Below are positions 39,769 to 53,420 of a DNA stretch of 64,000 bases, in pieces (position 1 is the first letter of the stretch; every line of letters begins with the position of its first letter). Below the pieces are notes generated by a model. The model worked only from the letters and a program-made list of their open reading frames with translations, was not told where the DNA came from and made no database searches. The DNA comes from Octopus vulgaris (Eukaryota). The DNA lies in NCBI GenBank assembly GCA_951406725.2, contig OX597826.1, positions 51,088,001 to 51,152,000 on the forward strand. The letters run 5' to 3'. Both the position numbers and the translations under genes were made by a program.

Positions 39769-40262
39769 GTGTGTGTGTGTGTGAGATATTGTGGTGACGG
39801 GAACGCTCCACTCCAGTATACGTCTTGTATGTCATGGGTACACTGTACTAAAATGTTGAAGACGGAACACGCAGAAAGAACGAAGTAAAAAAAAAAAAAA
39901 TGGTAAAATTAAACAAAAAAAAAAAAAAGAAGCATGAGTGAAAAAATAACAAACTGAACATTTTTTCCAGTTCTTGGATGTTACGTTACTCAACACACCT
40001 TGTTAAAATAGTAAAGTCTTAGGTACACCAATATCGATCAATCCATGCAAACACGCAACAGTCGAAGTCATTTATGATGGAACGTAAAAATATATTTTGT
40101 CATTCCTCAATTTTATGGACTTGACAGATTTTTGTTGACGTGTATAAAGCTTCTTCTTCTTCTTCTTCTTCTTCTTCTTCTTCTTCTTCTTCTTCTTCTT
40201 CTTCTTCTTCTTCTTCTTCTTCTTCTTCTTCTTCTTTACAATGACTTCTTTTTATGTTAGCA

Positions 40263-40363
<101 letters not shown>

Positions 40364-40379
40364 GTGAACATATATGTAT

Positions 40380-41700
40380 CAGACTGAGTGAAAAGTAAGT
40401 AACGTTTTGAAACATGAAATTCATCACAATTTATTTCAACAATGCGGAAATTTTATTCATCAAAATAAGTACCATTACAATGAACACAGTTTTACCAACG
40501 AGTTACAAGTTTGTTTATTCCGGTATTATAAAAATCTGGAGTTCTGGAGCTGATGGCCTCTTTGAAAGCACTTTCAGCATCGGTTTGATTTTTGAACTCC
40601 TTCTCTCGCATAAACCACCAAGGTGCTTGAAAAAGTGGTTGTCGGTAGGAGAAAGGTCTGGGGGATAAGCTGGGTGGGGAAGAATTTTGTAACCAAGTTC
40701 TCCCAACTTTTGGAGCGTCATTATTGAAATGTGTGGTCGAGCATTGTCATGAAGACTGATCGTCCCTCTTCCGTTCATAAGTCAAGGACGGAGGAGTAGC
40801 AGTTTTTCGTTCATTTTGGCAATTTCATAGCAATATGTTTCTACAGTAAAAGGTAGCGAGCTGGCAGAAACGTTAGCATGCCGGGCGAAATGCTTAGCGG
40901 TATTTCGTCTGCCGTTACGTTCTGCGTTCAAATTCCGTCGAGGTCGACTTTGCCTTTCATCCTTTCGGGGTCGATAAATTAAGTACCAGTTACGCACTGG
41001 GGTCGATGTAATCGACTTAATCCGTTTGTCTGTCCTTGTTTGTCCCCTCTGTGTTTAGCCCCTTGTGATTAGTAAAGAAATAGGTATTTTGTCTGTCTTT
41101 ACGTTCCGAGTTCAAATTCCGCCGAGGTCGACTTTGCCTTTCATCCTTTCGGGGTCGATAAATTAAGCAGTATTTGCGTACTGGGGTCGATATAATCGAC
41201 TGGCTCCCTCCCCCCAAATTTCGGGCCTTGTGCCTAGAGTAGAAAAGAATATGTTTCTGCTGTAATGGTTTTTCCGGGTTTTAAGAAGTTATAGTGGATG
41301 AGTCCAGCAGTACACCACTAAACCGTCACCATAACCTTCTTTTTGAAGAGCTCGGGTATAGGGAAGGTTTTTGGTGCTTCAACCACTGCGAAGAATGTTT
41401 TTTATTATTGTACTGAATACACTTTTCATCGCAAGCTACAGTACGGTCAAGAAATGGATCGGTCTGGTTACAGAGAACAAGCGACGAGCAAATTTCATAT
41501 CTGCACATTTTCTGATTTTCATTCATATTGTGTGGTACCCATTTGTCGAGCTTTTTTTGATTTTCCGATCGCATGCAAATGGTTGCATGCAGTTTTCTGG
41601 CTAGCTTGAAGTTCTTTTGCCAGTTCTCAAATGGTTTTACGAGGATCTTTCTCAATGACGGTCTTTATTTGACCGCCATCGATGACAGATGGGCGTCATA
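40380..41700 (-). mobile_element. Decayed mariner transposase
   Basis: KKLDKWVPH, FLDRTVACDEK, LHDNARPH and LPHPAYPPDLSPTDNHFFKHL motifs. Interrupted by a SINE. Confidence 0.9.
40850..41247 (+). mobile_element. Dimeric SINE family B inserted in the mariner
   Basis: Head plus two body units. Flanking 18-bp duplication AATATGTTTCT(AC/GC)(A/T)GTAA at 40832-40849 and 41248-41265. Confidence 0.9.
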
Positions 41701-42879
41701 TTTGTGTATGTGTGTGTGTATGTGTGTGTGTGTCTGGCACCGTTGTCATCGTTACTTGAAGTTTCACCAAGAAGTTACATAATATCCCTATAGCAATTAT
41801 TAGATTAATCAATTTGGATCACGGGATTAACACCCAAACCAAATACATGCATGGCACTAGATAGGGGACCATCGTGGAAATGCTTGCTTTCTGTTATGCA
41901 GAGCATAGCAAAAGAGGAATAAGTAAATTCCACCGTTAGATGTTGCGTCCTTTGAACTAGTCTAGGCGACGATTTTTAGATCTAATAAATAATATTAATT
42001 AAAAAAAAAATGAAATTGCAAATAGAAGCAAGTGATAAGCGTAGAAAATATAGGTACGTTTGTAAATGCCACCTTATAAGGAATTGAATCAGATTTAAGA
42101 GAATTTATAAGTATTAGAGACGGTATTGGGCGTGGCTACATGAGAATGTAAATGTGGAATGAAAGCAAGGTAGCAGACCAACAAATTGGTCATCTGTGCT
42201 GCTCGCGTCTGTTTAATCCAGTGATGAAGCGGAGATCCAAAATTTCAAATGAAGCTTATTGAAATGCCGACACCGGCCGAAGTTCTAATCTGATAGTTAA
42301 ATACTTTGGTGCAGTTTTTGCTGCTCTGTAATAAAATATTTTCAGCTGTGCCTAATTGGCATTACCTTGTGACATTTATGTATGGTCTGCTGTAGTACTT
42401 TCTATCTTAACTCGTACTTTAAAAAATTCTCACTAAGCTGTGAGATATGAAACGGCAAGGCTGTGCTTTTTTTCTTGTTTCAATATACCTGAAGGAACAA
42501 GTGTGTTTGGAGTATCACTGCTTGAATTTGATCCCTACCATTCCCAAGTATAGTATATTATTAACTGATCCATTTGAGTAGATAGAGATAATTTCAGCTT
42601 CGTACACAAGAGCCTCGGCGTTACAAACTGGTTGAGCAAGCAGCTTTCAATGTCTCTGCATGTGCATCCGGTTTCTGTTGGTCTTGATGGTTTATGCATT
42701 ATAATGCTCTTTAGGCTCTCTTTCAACTAACCGGTGTTAAAAGTTATACTATTATGGTGATGAATGAGAAAGTGCTTATCCATTTGCGTTGGGAAACCTA
42801 ATTATGTCCGGTTTTACGATTAAAGAGGAGATAGCTGTAAACTAGATGATATGTATATACACAATGTATATATATTATA

Positions 42880-42921
<42 letters not shown>

Positions 42922-43029
42922 TTTCAAAAACTGTATTAAGTAATTCTCATAAACTTTCAAATATATACATAATACATACATACATACATACATACATACA
43001 TACATACATGCATGCATGCATGCATACAG

Positions 43030-43063
<34 letters not shown>

Positions 43064-43086
43064 ACATATATATATGCATATATATG

Positions 43087-43122
<36 letters not shown>

Positions 43123-43401
43123 TTTAGCTGCCTACATATACATATATACACATACACACGAACACATATATGCACACACATATACACTTACATACATACA
43201 CACATATACCCGCTCACATAGACAAACGCACACACACTTATAGGCACATTTATGCACACGCATATATATATGCATACACGATAACATGAGGAAGATTAGT
43301 CATTTCAGTAAAATTATCCCTATAATACTGTTAAAAAAATTTAATTAGGCATACTGAATTAAATATCTAAATGGAATGAAAAGCGATTTCATTTTAAGAA
43401 A

Positions 43402-43712
43402 GAAATATTCTTTTCTACTCTAGGCACATTGCCCGAAATTTTTGGGAAGGGAGATAGTCAATTAGATCGACCTCAGTACGCAACTGGTAATTAATTTATC
43501 GAACCCGAAAGAATGAAAGGCAAAGTTGACCTCGGCGGAATTTGAACTCAGAACGTAAAGACAGACAAAATACCTATTTCTTTACTACCCACAAGAGGTT
43601 AAACACAGAGAGGACAAACAAGGACAGACAGACGGATTAAATCGATTATATCGACCCCAGTGCGTAACTGGTACTTATTTAATCGACTCCGAAAGGATGA
43701 AAGGCAAAGTCT
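43402..43712 (-). mobile_element. SINE family B, two body units, head missing
   Basis: Repeated gaaaggcaaag...gcggaatttgaactcagaacg body. Confidence 0.85.
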
Positions 43713-43772
43713 TTGCGACATGTCCGACTCAGCAGAACCTGTGCATTCGGTACTCTGATATCACATCGTGTC

Positions 43773-43804
<32 letters not shown>

Positions 43805-44164
43805 TGTGTGTGTTTGTCAAACCTAATTGTCTTTATCAGCATTACTACCTTCATATCAGCTCGTCTTGAATTTCTCTTCTCGCCACTCTTGATACCGTGA
43901 AACTTGTCCCGCATGAAGAGTTCTGAGTTTAAGTTCAATTTCATTTGAGCAATACTCGCCGCCTTTTAAAGAAAGAGACATTAACTTCCGATTTGGTAGC
44001 CGCGGTTCTGAAGTGGAAGGATGAGCGGTTGCAGTATATAAAACGGTGTTTCCTGGGGCTAAGTAACAGTAGCATGTTTCTCTTTCCTGGGATTGCCACA
44101 GTAAGTTGGCAACAAACTATCACTTTATCGTACTGCCACTGAATAAATCTCTCTGAGAGATTTA

Positions 44165-44540
44165 GAAATGTAATATTTCTAATATATATATATTGTAATC
44201 AATTGTCTGTTGAACTTGCTGGATAAATTCAGGTGTTCTGATGATTTCAGAGCGTTTAGAATACTTTTTATGCTTTAATACGGGTGATACGTTTCCATCT
44301 TCCGTCTCTAGCTCCTTACAAACTTTGTAGACGAAAGATCTGGTAACTTTTAAAAATCGAGATATTTCTAAATCGCTATGCTCGGCCTGTATAACTACAA
44401 TAACAACATGCCTTTTCATTTCTTAAGTAAGCTGAGGGTCTGCCATTATCATTTTCTGAAACAAGGATTATACAAAGTTAGCAAAAAATGCAGCAATGAC
44501 CACCAAAAGGTATGTCCTCAAATACTTTACGCACCCTGTA
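44165..44540 (-). mobile_element. Tc1/mariner (maT-like) transposase N-terminal fragment
   Basis: MKRHVVIVVIQAEHSDLEISRFLKVTRSFVYKV...IRTPEFIQQVQ HTH-like ORF. TA-CAGGGTG terminus-like sequence near 44540. Confidence 0.65.
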
Positions 44541-44574
44541 TGTGTATATATAAAACACATATCTATTACGCACC

Positions 44575-44631
<57 letters not shown>

Positions 44632-44637
44632 ACACAT

Positions 44638-44668
<31 letters not shown>

Positions 44669-45866
44669 CACACACACCCACAAACTGAGGGAGAGATAGA
44701 TAGACAGATCCCAAAAGTTAAAGCATTCACCAGTGTTCAGGTGTCTACCATTGACAAAACCAAAGGAGGCCGAAATTACGTGATCTGGTAGTCTTGAAAG
44801 GGGAAGTAGCGGTGATTGTTTGCCGCTGTCGATAGCTATGATGTGTTTTTATGCACCAGAAGAACATATGATAATTTTTCTCGGCAAATATTGCAGTATT
44901 TGTATGTTCCAATGTAGCATTCACTTTTAAGTGGTGAATATTTTACGTTTCAAGCATGCATATATACATACATACATATATACATACATACATACATGCA
45001 TACATACATACATACATACATACATACATACATACATACATACATACATACATACACGCATACATACATAATACATACATACATACATACATACATTCAT
45101 ACATTCATACATACATACATACATAATACATACATACATACATACATACATACATACATTCATACATACATACATACATACATACATAATACATACATAC
45201 ATACATACATAATACATACATACATACATACATAATACATACATACATACATACATACATACATAATACATACATACATACATACATACATACATTCATA
45301 CATTCATACATACATACATACATACATACATAATACATACATACATACATACATACATACATAATACATAGATACATACATACATACATACATACATACA
45401 TACACACATACTAACTATGAATTCTCATTTGTATCTGACTGAATTTTCATTTGCACCTATCATTGTAGGTGCATTACGTTATTTACCGACAAACTTGCAA
45501 AAAAAAAAACAACCTAGAAATACACGGAGAAAGGTCAATAGAAACTGACACGGATTCCCCAAATCCAATCTATAAGTGGCATAGTGAAGATTTGTGAGAC
45601 ATTCCAAAAATCTTCTGTTTGAGATCCCTATGTGAATAGATGGGTGCATGCGTTAGCACTTCAACCAAGACACCAACTCAAACATATATTTACAAACATC
45701 GGGAACTCTCTTAACTCAAAAAAGTCTTGCTACTTTGTTAACGACAGGCTTGAACTCTCTCAAGAACTTAAATTAAACTCAAAGTAAAATCATACATACA
45801 TAATACATACATACATACATACATACATATGGACAGACGGGCGGATGGTAGGACAGGTCTACGCAC

Positions 45867-45897
<31 letters not shown>

Positions 45898-46097
45898 TGT
45901 ATGTATGTATGTATGTATGTATGTATGTTTGTATGTATGTAATATAGACGGAACGTTAACAGCATCAATTCTTCTCTCATCAGAGACTGCGTAGACTATA
46001 GGAATTGTTCCTTTCTCCAGGACAACCAAATAAAAACAGCAACAACTATATAAGTGATGGTAACACTGCAAATAAGAATTACAGCAGTAACAACAGT

Positions 46098-47013
46098 CGT
46101 TCAAGAATTTGGACCTGGAGATCTCCATTTCCAGCGACTCCGAGGGTCACCTCCCTGTGGTGTCAACGAAAAGCCCTCGACTACAACAAGACGACCAAAG
46201 TTTTCTCTTTTTTTTCTCCAAGGTCTGGGGGTCTCCCTCCCCTAAGCCCTAGACCATCACCTAATCACCCTTACTCGTCTTGTTGCTTAACAACAACAAC
46301 ATACACACATACACACGCACATACACAACCGTTCAAGAATTTGGACCTGGAGATCTCCATTTCCAGCGACTTCGAAGGCCACCTCCCTGTGGTGTCGGGC
46401 GTCAACGAAGAGCCCTCGACTACAACAAGACGACCAAAATTTTCTTTTTTTTTTCTCCAAGGTCTGGGGTCTCCCTCTCCTAAGCCCTAGACCATCACCT
46501 AATCACCCTTACTGGTCTTGTTGCTTAACAACAACAACACACACACATACACACACACATACACAGCCGTTCAAGAATTTGGACCTGGAGATCTCCATTT
46601 CCAGCGACTTCGAGGGGCCACGTCCCTGTGGTGTCGGGCGTCAACGAAGAGCCCTCGACTACAACAAGACGACCAAAGTTTTCTCTTTTTTTTTCTCCAA
46701 GGTCTGGGGTCTCCCGCCCCTAAGTACTAGACCATCACCTAATCACCCTTACTCGTCTTGTTGCTTAACAACAACAACACACACACATACACACACACAT
46801 ACACAGCCGTTCAAGAATTTGGACCTGGAAATCTCCATTTCCAGCGACTTCGAGGGCCACCTTCCCCTGTGGTGTCGGGCGTCAACGAAGAGCCCTCGAC
46901 TACAACAAGACGACCAAAGTTTTCTATTTTTTTTTCTCCAAGGTCTGGGGTCTCCCTCCCGTAAGCCCTAGACCATCACCTAATCACCCTTACCCGTCTT
47001 GTTGCTTAACAAC
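46098..47013. repeat. Tandem array of four ~232-240-bp structured units
   Basis: Units start at 46098, 46330, 46568 and 46808 with CGTTCAAGAATTTGGACCTGG and are highly similar. Confidence 0.95.
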
Positions 47014-47269
47014 ACCAACAACAACAACAATAATAGTAACAATAACAACAGCAGCAGTAGTAAGAGCAACAACAACAACAGCAGCAGCAGTAACAACAGT
47101 AGAAAGAGCAGCGGCATTCGTAATAGTAGTAGTAATAATTGCGTAAAAAAAAAGAGAGCAGAGATGACAGCCAAGACAGCAACTATAAATGTCATTTAGT
47201 GTCACCAGCATTGAGTGCAGATGTTACCGCTGTTGTTGCATGTATGGATTATTGGTAACGACGACCACG

Positions 47270-47477
47270 ACGGCGACGACGACGACGACGATGATGATGA
47301 TGATGATGGTGATGATGGTGGTGATGCTGAGGAGGAGGAAGAGGAGGAAGAGGAGGAGGAAGAAGAAGGGGCGAATGTTGAGAATTGGAAGGAGCTAAGT
47401 AACTGTAGTGGTCATTATGGTTATTGCTGATACTACTTGTGACTACGACACACGACGATGTGGATAGCAGCAGCAGC

Positions 47478-47539
<62 letters not shown>

Positions 47540-48680
47540 TGGTGGTGGTGGTTGTGGTAGTGGTTGTGGTGGTGGTGGTGGTGATGGTGGTGGTGGTTGT
47601 GGTTGTGGTGGTGGTGGTGGTGGTGGTGGTTGTGGTTGTGGTGGTGGTGGTTGTGGTGGTGGTGGTGGTGCTTTGTGGTGGTTGTGGTTGTTGTGGTGGT
47701 GGTGGTTGTGGTTGTGGTGGTGGTGGTTGTGGAGGTGGTGGTGGTGGTGGTGGTTGGTATTGCTGTAATAGTGGCGGAGGAGATGGTGCTTGCAGCGAGG
47801 GCTTGCAATTGTAGTGGTGGTGGTGGTAGAAATAGTAGTGATGATGGTAGTGATGATGGAAGTGATGATGGTAGTGATGATGGTAGTAATGCCGCCGTCG
47901 TCGTCGTCGTGGTGATTATATTATGGCTATAAACAATGGCACTTGACCTTGCTATAAAGGCTTCTTAGCCGACATTGCGACACCTAGTAGTAGCAGTAGT
48001 ATTAGTACGATTACCAGTTCGTTCATGCGATAGTGTTGTTCTTAGTAACGAATAATGATGATAATGGTGATAGTGATGACGTCGATTATGATGATGATAA
48101 GGGGGATGAGGAGAAGGAGGAGGAGAGACGACAGTAATGATGATGGTCATGGTGATGGTGAAGGTGGAGGGGGTGATAGCGGTGTGGTGGTGATGATGAT
48201 GATGAGGATGAGGATGAGAAGGAGGAGGAGAGACGACAGTAATGATGATGGTCATGGTGATGGTGATGGTGGTGGGGTTGATAGCGGTGTGGTGGTGATG
48301 ATGATGATGATGATGATGATGATGAGACGACGACGGTAATGACGATGGTCATGGTGATGGTGAAGACGGTGGGGGTGATAGCGGTGTGGTGGTGATGATG
48401 ATGATGATGATGAGGATGAGACGACGACGGTAATGATGATGGTCATGGTGATGGTGAAGGCGGTGGGGGTGATAGCGGTGTGGTGGTGGTGATGATGATG
48501 ATGATGAGGATGAGACGACGACGGTAATGATGATGGTCATGGTGATGGTGAAGGTGGAGGGGGTGATAGCGGTGTGGTGGTGATGATGATGATGATGATG
48601 ATGAGGATGAGACGACGACGGTAATGATGATGGTCATGGTGATGGTGAAGGCGGTGGGGGTGATAGCCGTATGGTGGTGG

Positions 48681-48715
<35 letters not shown>

Positions 48716-48720
48716 ATGGA
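47270..48720. repeat. Trinucleotide low-complexity block with ~95-130-bp higher-order repeats at 48050-48720
   Basis: (GAT)n/(GGT)n/(AGT)n tracts. Repeated GATGGTCATGGTGATGGTGAAGG...GATAGCGGTGTGG unit. Confidence 0.85.
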
Positions 48721-49289
48721 TGGTAGTTGCTGCCGTTGCTGCTGCAGCTGCTGTTACTGCTGCCGCCATTTCTACGAAGCGCAATGACAAGATGGACCGT
48801 GCTCTTAGAAGAGGAGAAAAAGATCAACGCTTCGGAAATATATTCTGTCAGGAGAGGAAGAAGAGAAGAAAGAAACGGTGGAGTTTGTTGGTGGTGTTGG
48901 CAGTGTTTTGCGGTGTTGGAAAACGATAAGCGGCATAAACGAAACGGGTAGGGACGGCGGAGAGTATCAACAGGAAAAATCAAAGAACGACCACAGCAAC
49001 AATAACAACATCAACACCGAAAGTGAAAGTAACAAAAAGAAAAAAAAAAGCAGGAGTTGTGACGGAGCGGAGTCATAGTGACGCGGATCCACGGTGGCGT
49101 TGACAGTTAGAATTAAGGGAAAATGAAGCATTGGCAAAAATACAGTTTTGCAGGTAGTTTTTGAGTGTTTGGATAATGAATCAACTTGATAAGAAACTTG
49201 TCTTTAATGCTGTGAATAATAAACAATGCTCATGCATTTATTTCGTCTATGAAATTTGATTTTTGCCTGCTTCTACGCGAGCGCGTGTG

Positions 49290-49730
49290 TGTGAGAGAGA
49301 GAGAGAGAAAAAGAAGAGAGAGAGTGAAAGTTAGAGAGAGTGACAGAGAGAGAGAGAGAGAAAGAGAGAGAAAAAGAAGAGAGAGAATGAAAGTTAGAGA
49401 GAGTGACAGAGAGAGTGAGAAAGAGAGAGAGAGAGTGAGAGAGAGAGAGAAAAAGAAGAGAGAGAATGAAAGTTAGAGAGAGTGACAGAGAGAGAGATAG
49501 AGAGAGAGAGAAAGAGGTAGAGAGAGTGAGAGAGAGAGAGAGAGAGAGAAAGAAGAGAGAGAATGAAAGTTAGAGAGAGTGACAGAGAGAGAGAGAAAAA
49601 GAAGAGAGAGAGTGAGAGAGAGAGAGAAAAAGAAGAGAGAGAATGAAAGTTAGAGAGAGTGACAGAGAGAGAGAGAGAAAAAAAGAGAGAGAGAAAGTTA
49701 GAGAGAGAGAGAAAGAGAGAGAGAGAGAAT
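49290..49730. repeat. GA-rich composite tandem repeat
   Basis: Recurrent GAATGAAAGTTAGAGAGAGTGACAGAG within (GA)n. Confidence 0.85.
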
Positions 49731-49898
49731 ATGCATTTTTAATTGTTTGCATTCAATAAACAAATAAAACCCTATCTGCCATTTGTAATTTCTTCCGCGC
49801 CGTTGTTATGCTAATGCTTAAAGCCTTGAAATGTGGCTTCCTGACAATACTCCTATTAGAAGGCATGAACAACAGAAGCAACTAATGCATACCCACCC

Positions 49899-49971
<73 letters not shown>

Positions 49972-49973
49972 CA

Positions 49974-50066
<93 letters not shown>

Positions 50067-50237
50067 AAAAGAGATGACAAAGGAATAAATTGTTATCTTA
50101 TGAACTTCATTAGCTTACAGCTGTTTCTGCTATATGATACACTGGAGTCATGGTTGATTGCTTGAATAACACCTTACACACACAAACACACAAACACACG
50201 CACACACACGCACAAACACACACACACATACACACAC

Positions 50238-50292
<55 letters not shown>

Positions 50293-50476
50293 ATAATAAA
50301 TATTAGGAATAAATCCAAATTTACAGGGAAAAAATCAGATTTAGGATTAAATCCAATCTTATAGTAAAATATTATATAATATTAATAAGAGACAAAACCA
50401 CTATTTTGCAAAACAAACAAGGAAAGACTTAATCAATACATAAAATTCATAAATTGAAACTGATTTATCGGCAAAT

Positions 50477-50517
50477 CCACCTGAAGATTGTCATTAGACA
50501 TGAAACAATTGTAGTGG
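50477..50517 (+). ncRNA. Type I hammerhead ribozyme, intact core
   Basis: CCAC-CTGAAGA-T-TGTC atta GACA-T-GAAA-CAATTG-TA-GTGG. Stems I and II pair, stem III is palindromic, GUA site. Confidence 0.8.
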
Positions 50518-50618
50518 CGGTTTTTTTGCACTTTTTATTAAAATTTTATGTATTGATTAAGTCTTCCAGTATGTGGCAAAGTTGTTTGTTTTGCAAAATA
50601 CTGTGGTTTTGTCTCTAA

Positions 50619-50722
<104 letters not shown>

Positions 50723-50725
50723 ATA

Positions 50726-50889
50726 CAGGCGCAGGCGTGGCTGTGTGGTAAGAAGCTTGCTCCCAACCACATGGTTTCGGGTTCAATCCCACTGCGTGGC
50801 ACCTTGGCCAGATGTCTTCTGCTATAGCCTCTGGCCGACCAAAGCCTTGTCAGTGGATTTGGTAGACGGAAATTGGAAGAAGCTCGTCG

Positions 50890-50920
<31 letters not shown>

Positions 50921-51120
50921 ATGTATGTATGTATGTATGTATGTATGTATGTATGTATGTATGTATGTATGTATTTGTATATGTGTGCCTTTGTTTGTCC
51001 CCCGGCATCGCTTGACAACCGGTGATGGTGCGTTTATGTCCCTTTAGTTAGTGTAACAAACACTCTTTAAGGTGGTGCTCCAGCACAGCTGCAGTCAAAT
51101 GATTGAAAGAAGTAAAAAAA
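50726..51120 (+). mobile_element. SINE family A
   Basis: Head AGGCGCAGGCGTGGCTGTGTGG, internal microsatellite, tail gcagtcaaatgattgaaagaagtaaa. Confidence 0.85.
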
Positions 51121-51163
51121 TAAAAGAATATCTGTGTGTTTGTGCGTGTGTGTGTATGTGTGC

Positions 51164-51231
<68 letters not shown>

Positions 51232-51324
51232 GTGTGTGTGTATGTGTGTGTATATATGTATTTGTTTCTTTTTAGTTTTAGTCCGAGGACTGTGGCCATG
51301 TTGGGGCACTGCTGTTTGCTTTGT

Positions 51325-51940
51325 TACACTTTAACTAAACCACCTCTGATATGTGACATTTGGTGGATGAGAGCATTTGACATTGGTGCCCTCATCTGTG
51401 TTTCTTGCTTTGAGGTAGGTTTATTTGGAACTCTTGACAGGAGATCCAGTTTTGTTTTGAAAAAGCCTACATCCAAGCCATGCAAGTCTCTCAGGCTTTG
51501 TGGGAGGATATTGCTGAGCTGTAGGCTCGTGAAGCCCAAGCTGTTGCAATATCTGGTTCTATATCCTGATGGCAAAGTTGGGATTTTGGAAACTGTGCAG
51601 TAGCGCTCCGTTCTGCTGTTTGTGCAAATGACAATGCCAAAACTTTGGTGCAAGTTTTTCTAGGATTTTCCAGATGTGCATTACTGCATGTCTTTTCTGC
51701 CTTCGTTCTAAGGAGTAGAGTCTTAACTCTTTCACCCTCTCCAAGTAGGTGATATGTCGCATTGTGTCGATCTTCTTTGTGTAGGTTCTCTGGATAACCT
51801 CGAGTTCCGTCGTCGATTTTAACACTATTTGGTGACCACAGTTGGGAGCAGTAATCTAGAGGAGGAAAGTCCTCCAGAAGACCATCATGGTTTCCTTTTC
51901 TCTCGTTTTGAAAGTTCGAAGGATCTATCCGGCCAAGCGT
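51325..51940 (-). mobile_element. CR1/L2-group LINE 3' fragment
   Basis: LDYCSQLWSP and LEVIQRTYTKKI...TYLERVKELRLYSLERR, the typical CR1-group ORF2 C-terminus. Confidence 0.8.
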
Positions 51941-51966
51941 CTGCATTTTATTGCTAAAAAATATAT

Positions 51967-52042
<76 letters not shown>

Positions 52043-52539
52043 ACACGCCCACACACATATAGACGTGATTAAATGACAGAGTGTACTAAGTAGCAACAGC
52101 ATTGCTAGAAATAAGAGTCAAAACAACTTAATAGTCACAGAAACACTCAATGACTGACAAGGGAGATAAGCTCCCTAGCGGACATAGCTAGATCACCGGT
52201 GATTTTGAATTTTTATACAGAGCATCTTACTTCTCATCGGTGGCTCTTACCGCTCTTGCGGTTAAACTCAACTAACCTTGTCAGCTTATAAGAAATCCGT
52301 TGAACTCATATGCTGATTTCAAAAACTGAAAATGTGAAAACTACAAATAATATGGATGGCTTATTAGCAATTTAACAACCCAAAGGAAAATTTAGAGACG
52401 TCACTAAAGTGAGAGGGAGTACTAAGTAGTACCAGTACTGCTAGAAATAAGAGTCAAAACAACTCAATAGTCACAGAAGCACTACCTTAATGACTGACAA
52501 GAGAGACAAAGCGAGTTGAGTACTACTTAGTACCCTCTG

Positions 52540-53420
52540 TACTGAGTTATCTCACTGTCGTGTCCCTTCCAAAATTGTAGTGGTGTTCGGCAGCTTCCTG
52601 GGTGTCTGAGGACAGCCCTTTCTAGGATTGCTCTGCTCACCTCCATAGCCCGAGGAAGGGGCTAGAAACGGTGCCCTGAACATAGTCCACTTCCCCCTGG
52701 CCTTCATACTGCGGCAGGTGGGGATCCCAGCCATGCGGTCAAAATACCTATTTCTTTACTACCCACAGGGGGCTAAACACAGAGGGGACAAACAAGGACA
52801 GACAAACGGATTAAGTCGATTACATCGACCCCAATGCGTAACTGGTACTTAATTTATCGACCCCGAAAGGATGAAAGGCAAAGTCGACCTTGGTCAAAAT
52901 ACCAAGACGAAAACATCGGTGACATTGCTCACCATTGGCACATGGAATGTGTGAAAGCTCATGGACAACTCCAAAGCAAACAAACCCGGGAGACGGACAG
53001 CGCTTGTCACAAAAAGATTCGGCTGGACAAATTCTCGCATTATAGTTCTGAGCGAGAGCAGACTTATAGACAAAGGTCAGTAGCTGAAGTCAAAACCGGT
53101 TACACCTTCTGGAGTGGCTGCAGTATCGACGAATGTTGTGAAGCAGGAGTGGGTTTTGCCATCAGATCTAGTCTCACCAGCAAGCAAATCTGCCCCACCT
53201 CGCCCTCGCAGAGGACTGAATGATGGACTGCAGCTTCCTCTCAGAGGAAAGCGTTGTGCCATCATCATCAGTGCCTATGTCCCCACCATGACTAACCTGT
53301 GGCAGTGAAAGACATGAAGACTTGGAAGCCCTCATAGCAGCCGTGCCTAAACGGGGTAAGCTTGTAATTCTCGGCGACTTCAGCACCAGAGTTGTTGCAG
53401 ATTACCAGAAGCATGAGATG
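52540..53420 (+). mobile_element. RTE-clade LINE 5' region and AP-endonuclease remnant
   Basis: GYTFWSG, EAGVGFAIRSSL, IISAYVPTMT and LVILGDF motifs, frameshifted. Confidence 0.8.
52749..52891 (-). mobile_element. SINE family B body fragment within the RTE element
   Basis: Flanked by direct repeat GGTCAAAATACC at 52737-52748 and 52892-52903. Confidence 0.8.

Noticed and set aside
41900-42780. Second Penelope-like remnant (also 33900-34300)
   Set aside because: Only vague similarity; no clear GIY-YIG or RT motif recovered by eye.
46098-47013. CRISPR array or repeat-protein gene
   Set aside because: Whole units repeat with no unique spacers, and reading frames shift between units.
47189-48790. 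Gly/Val/His/Ser-rich protein ORFs
   Set aside because: Trinucleotide repeats open in several frames; no domain or splice support.
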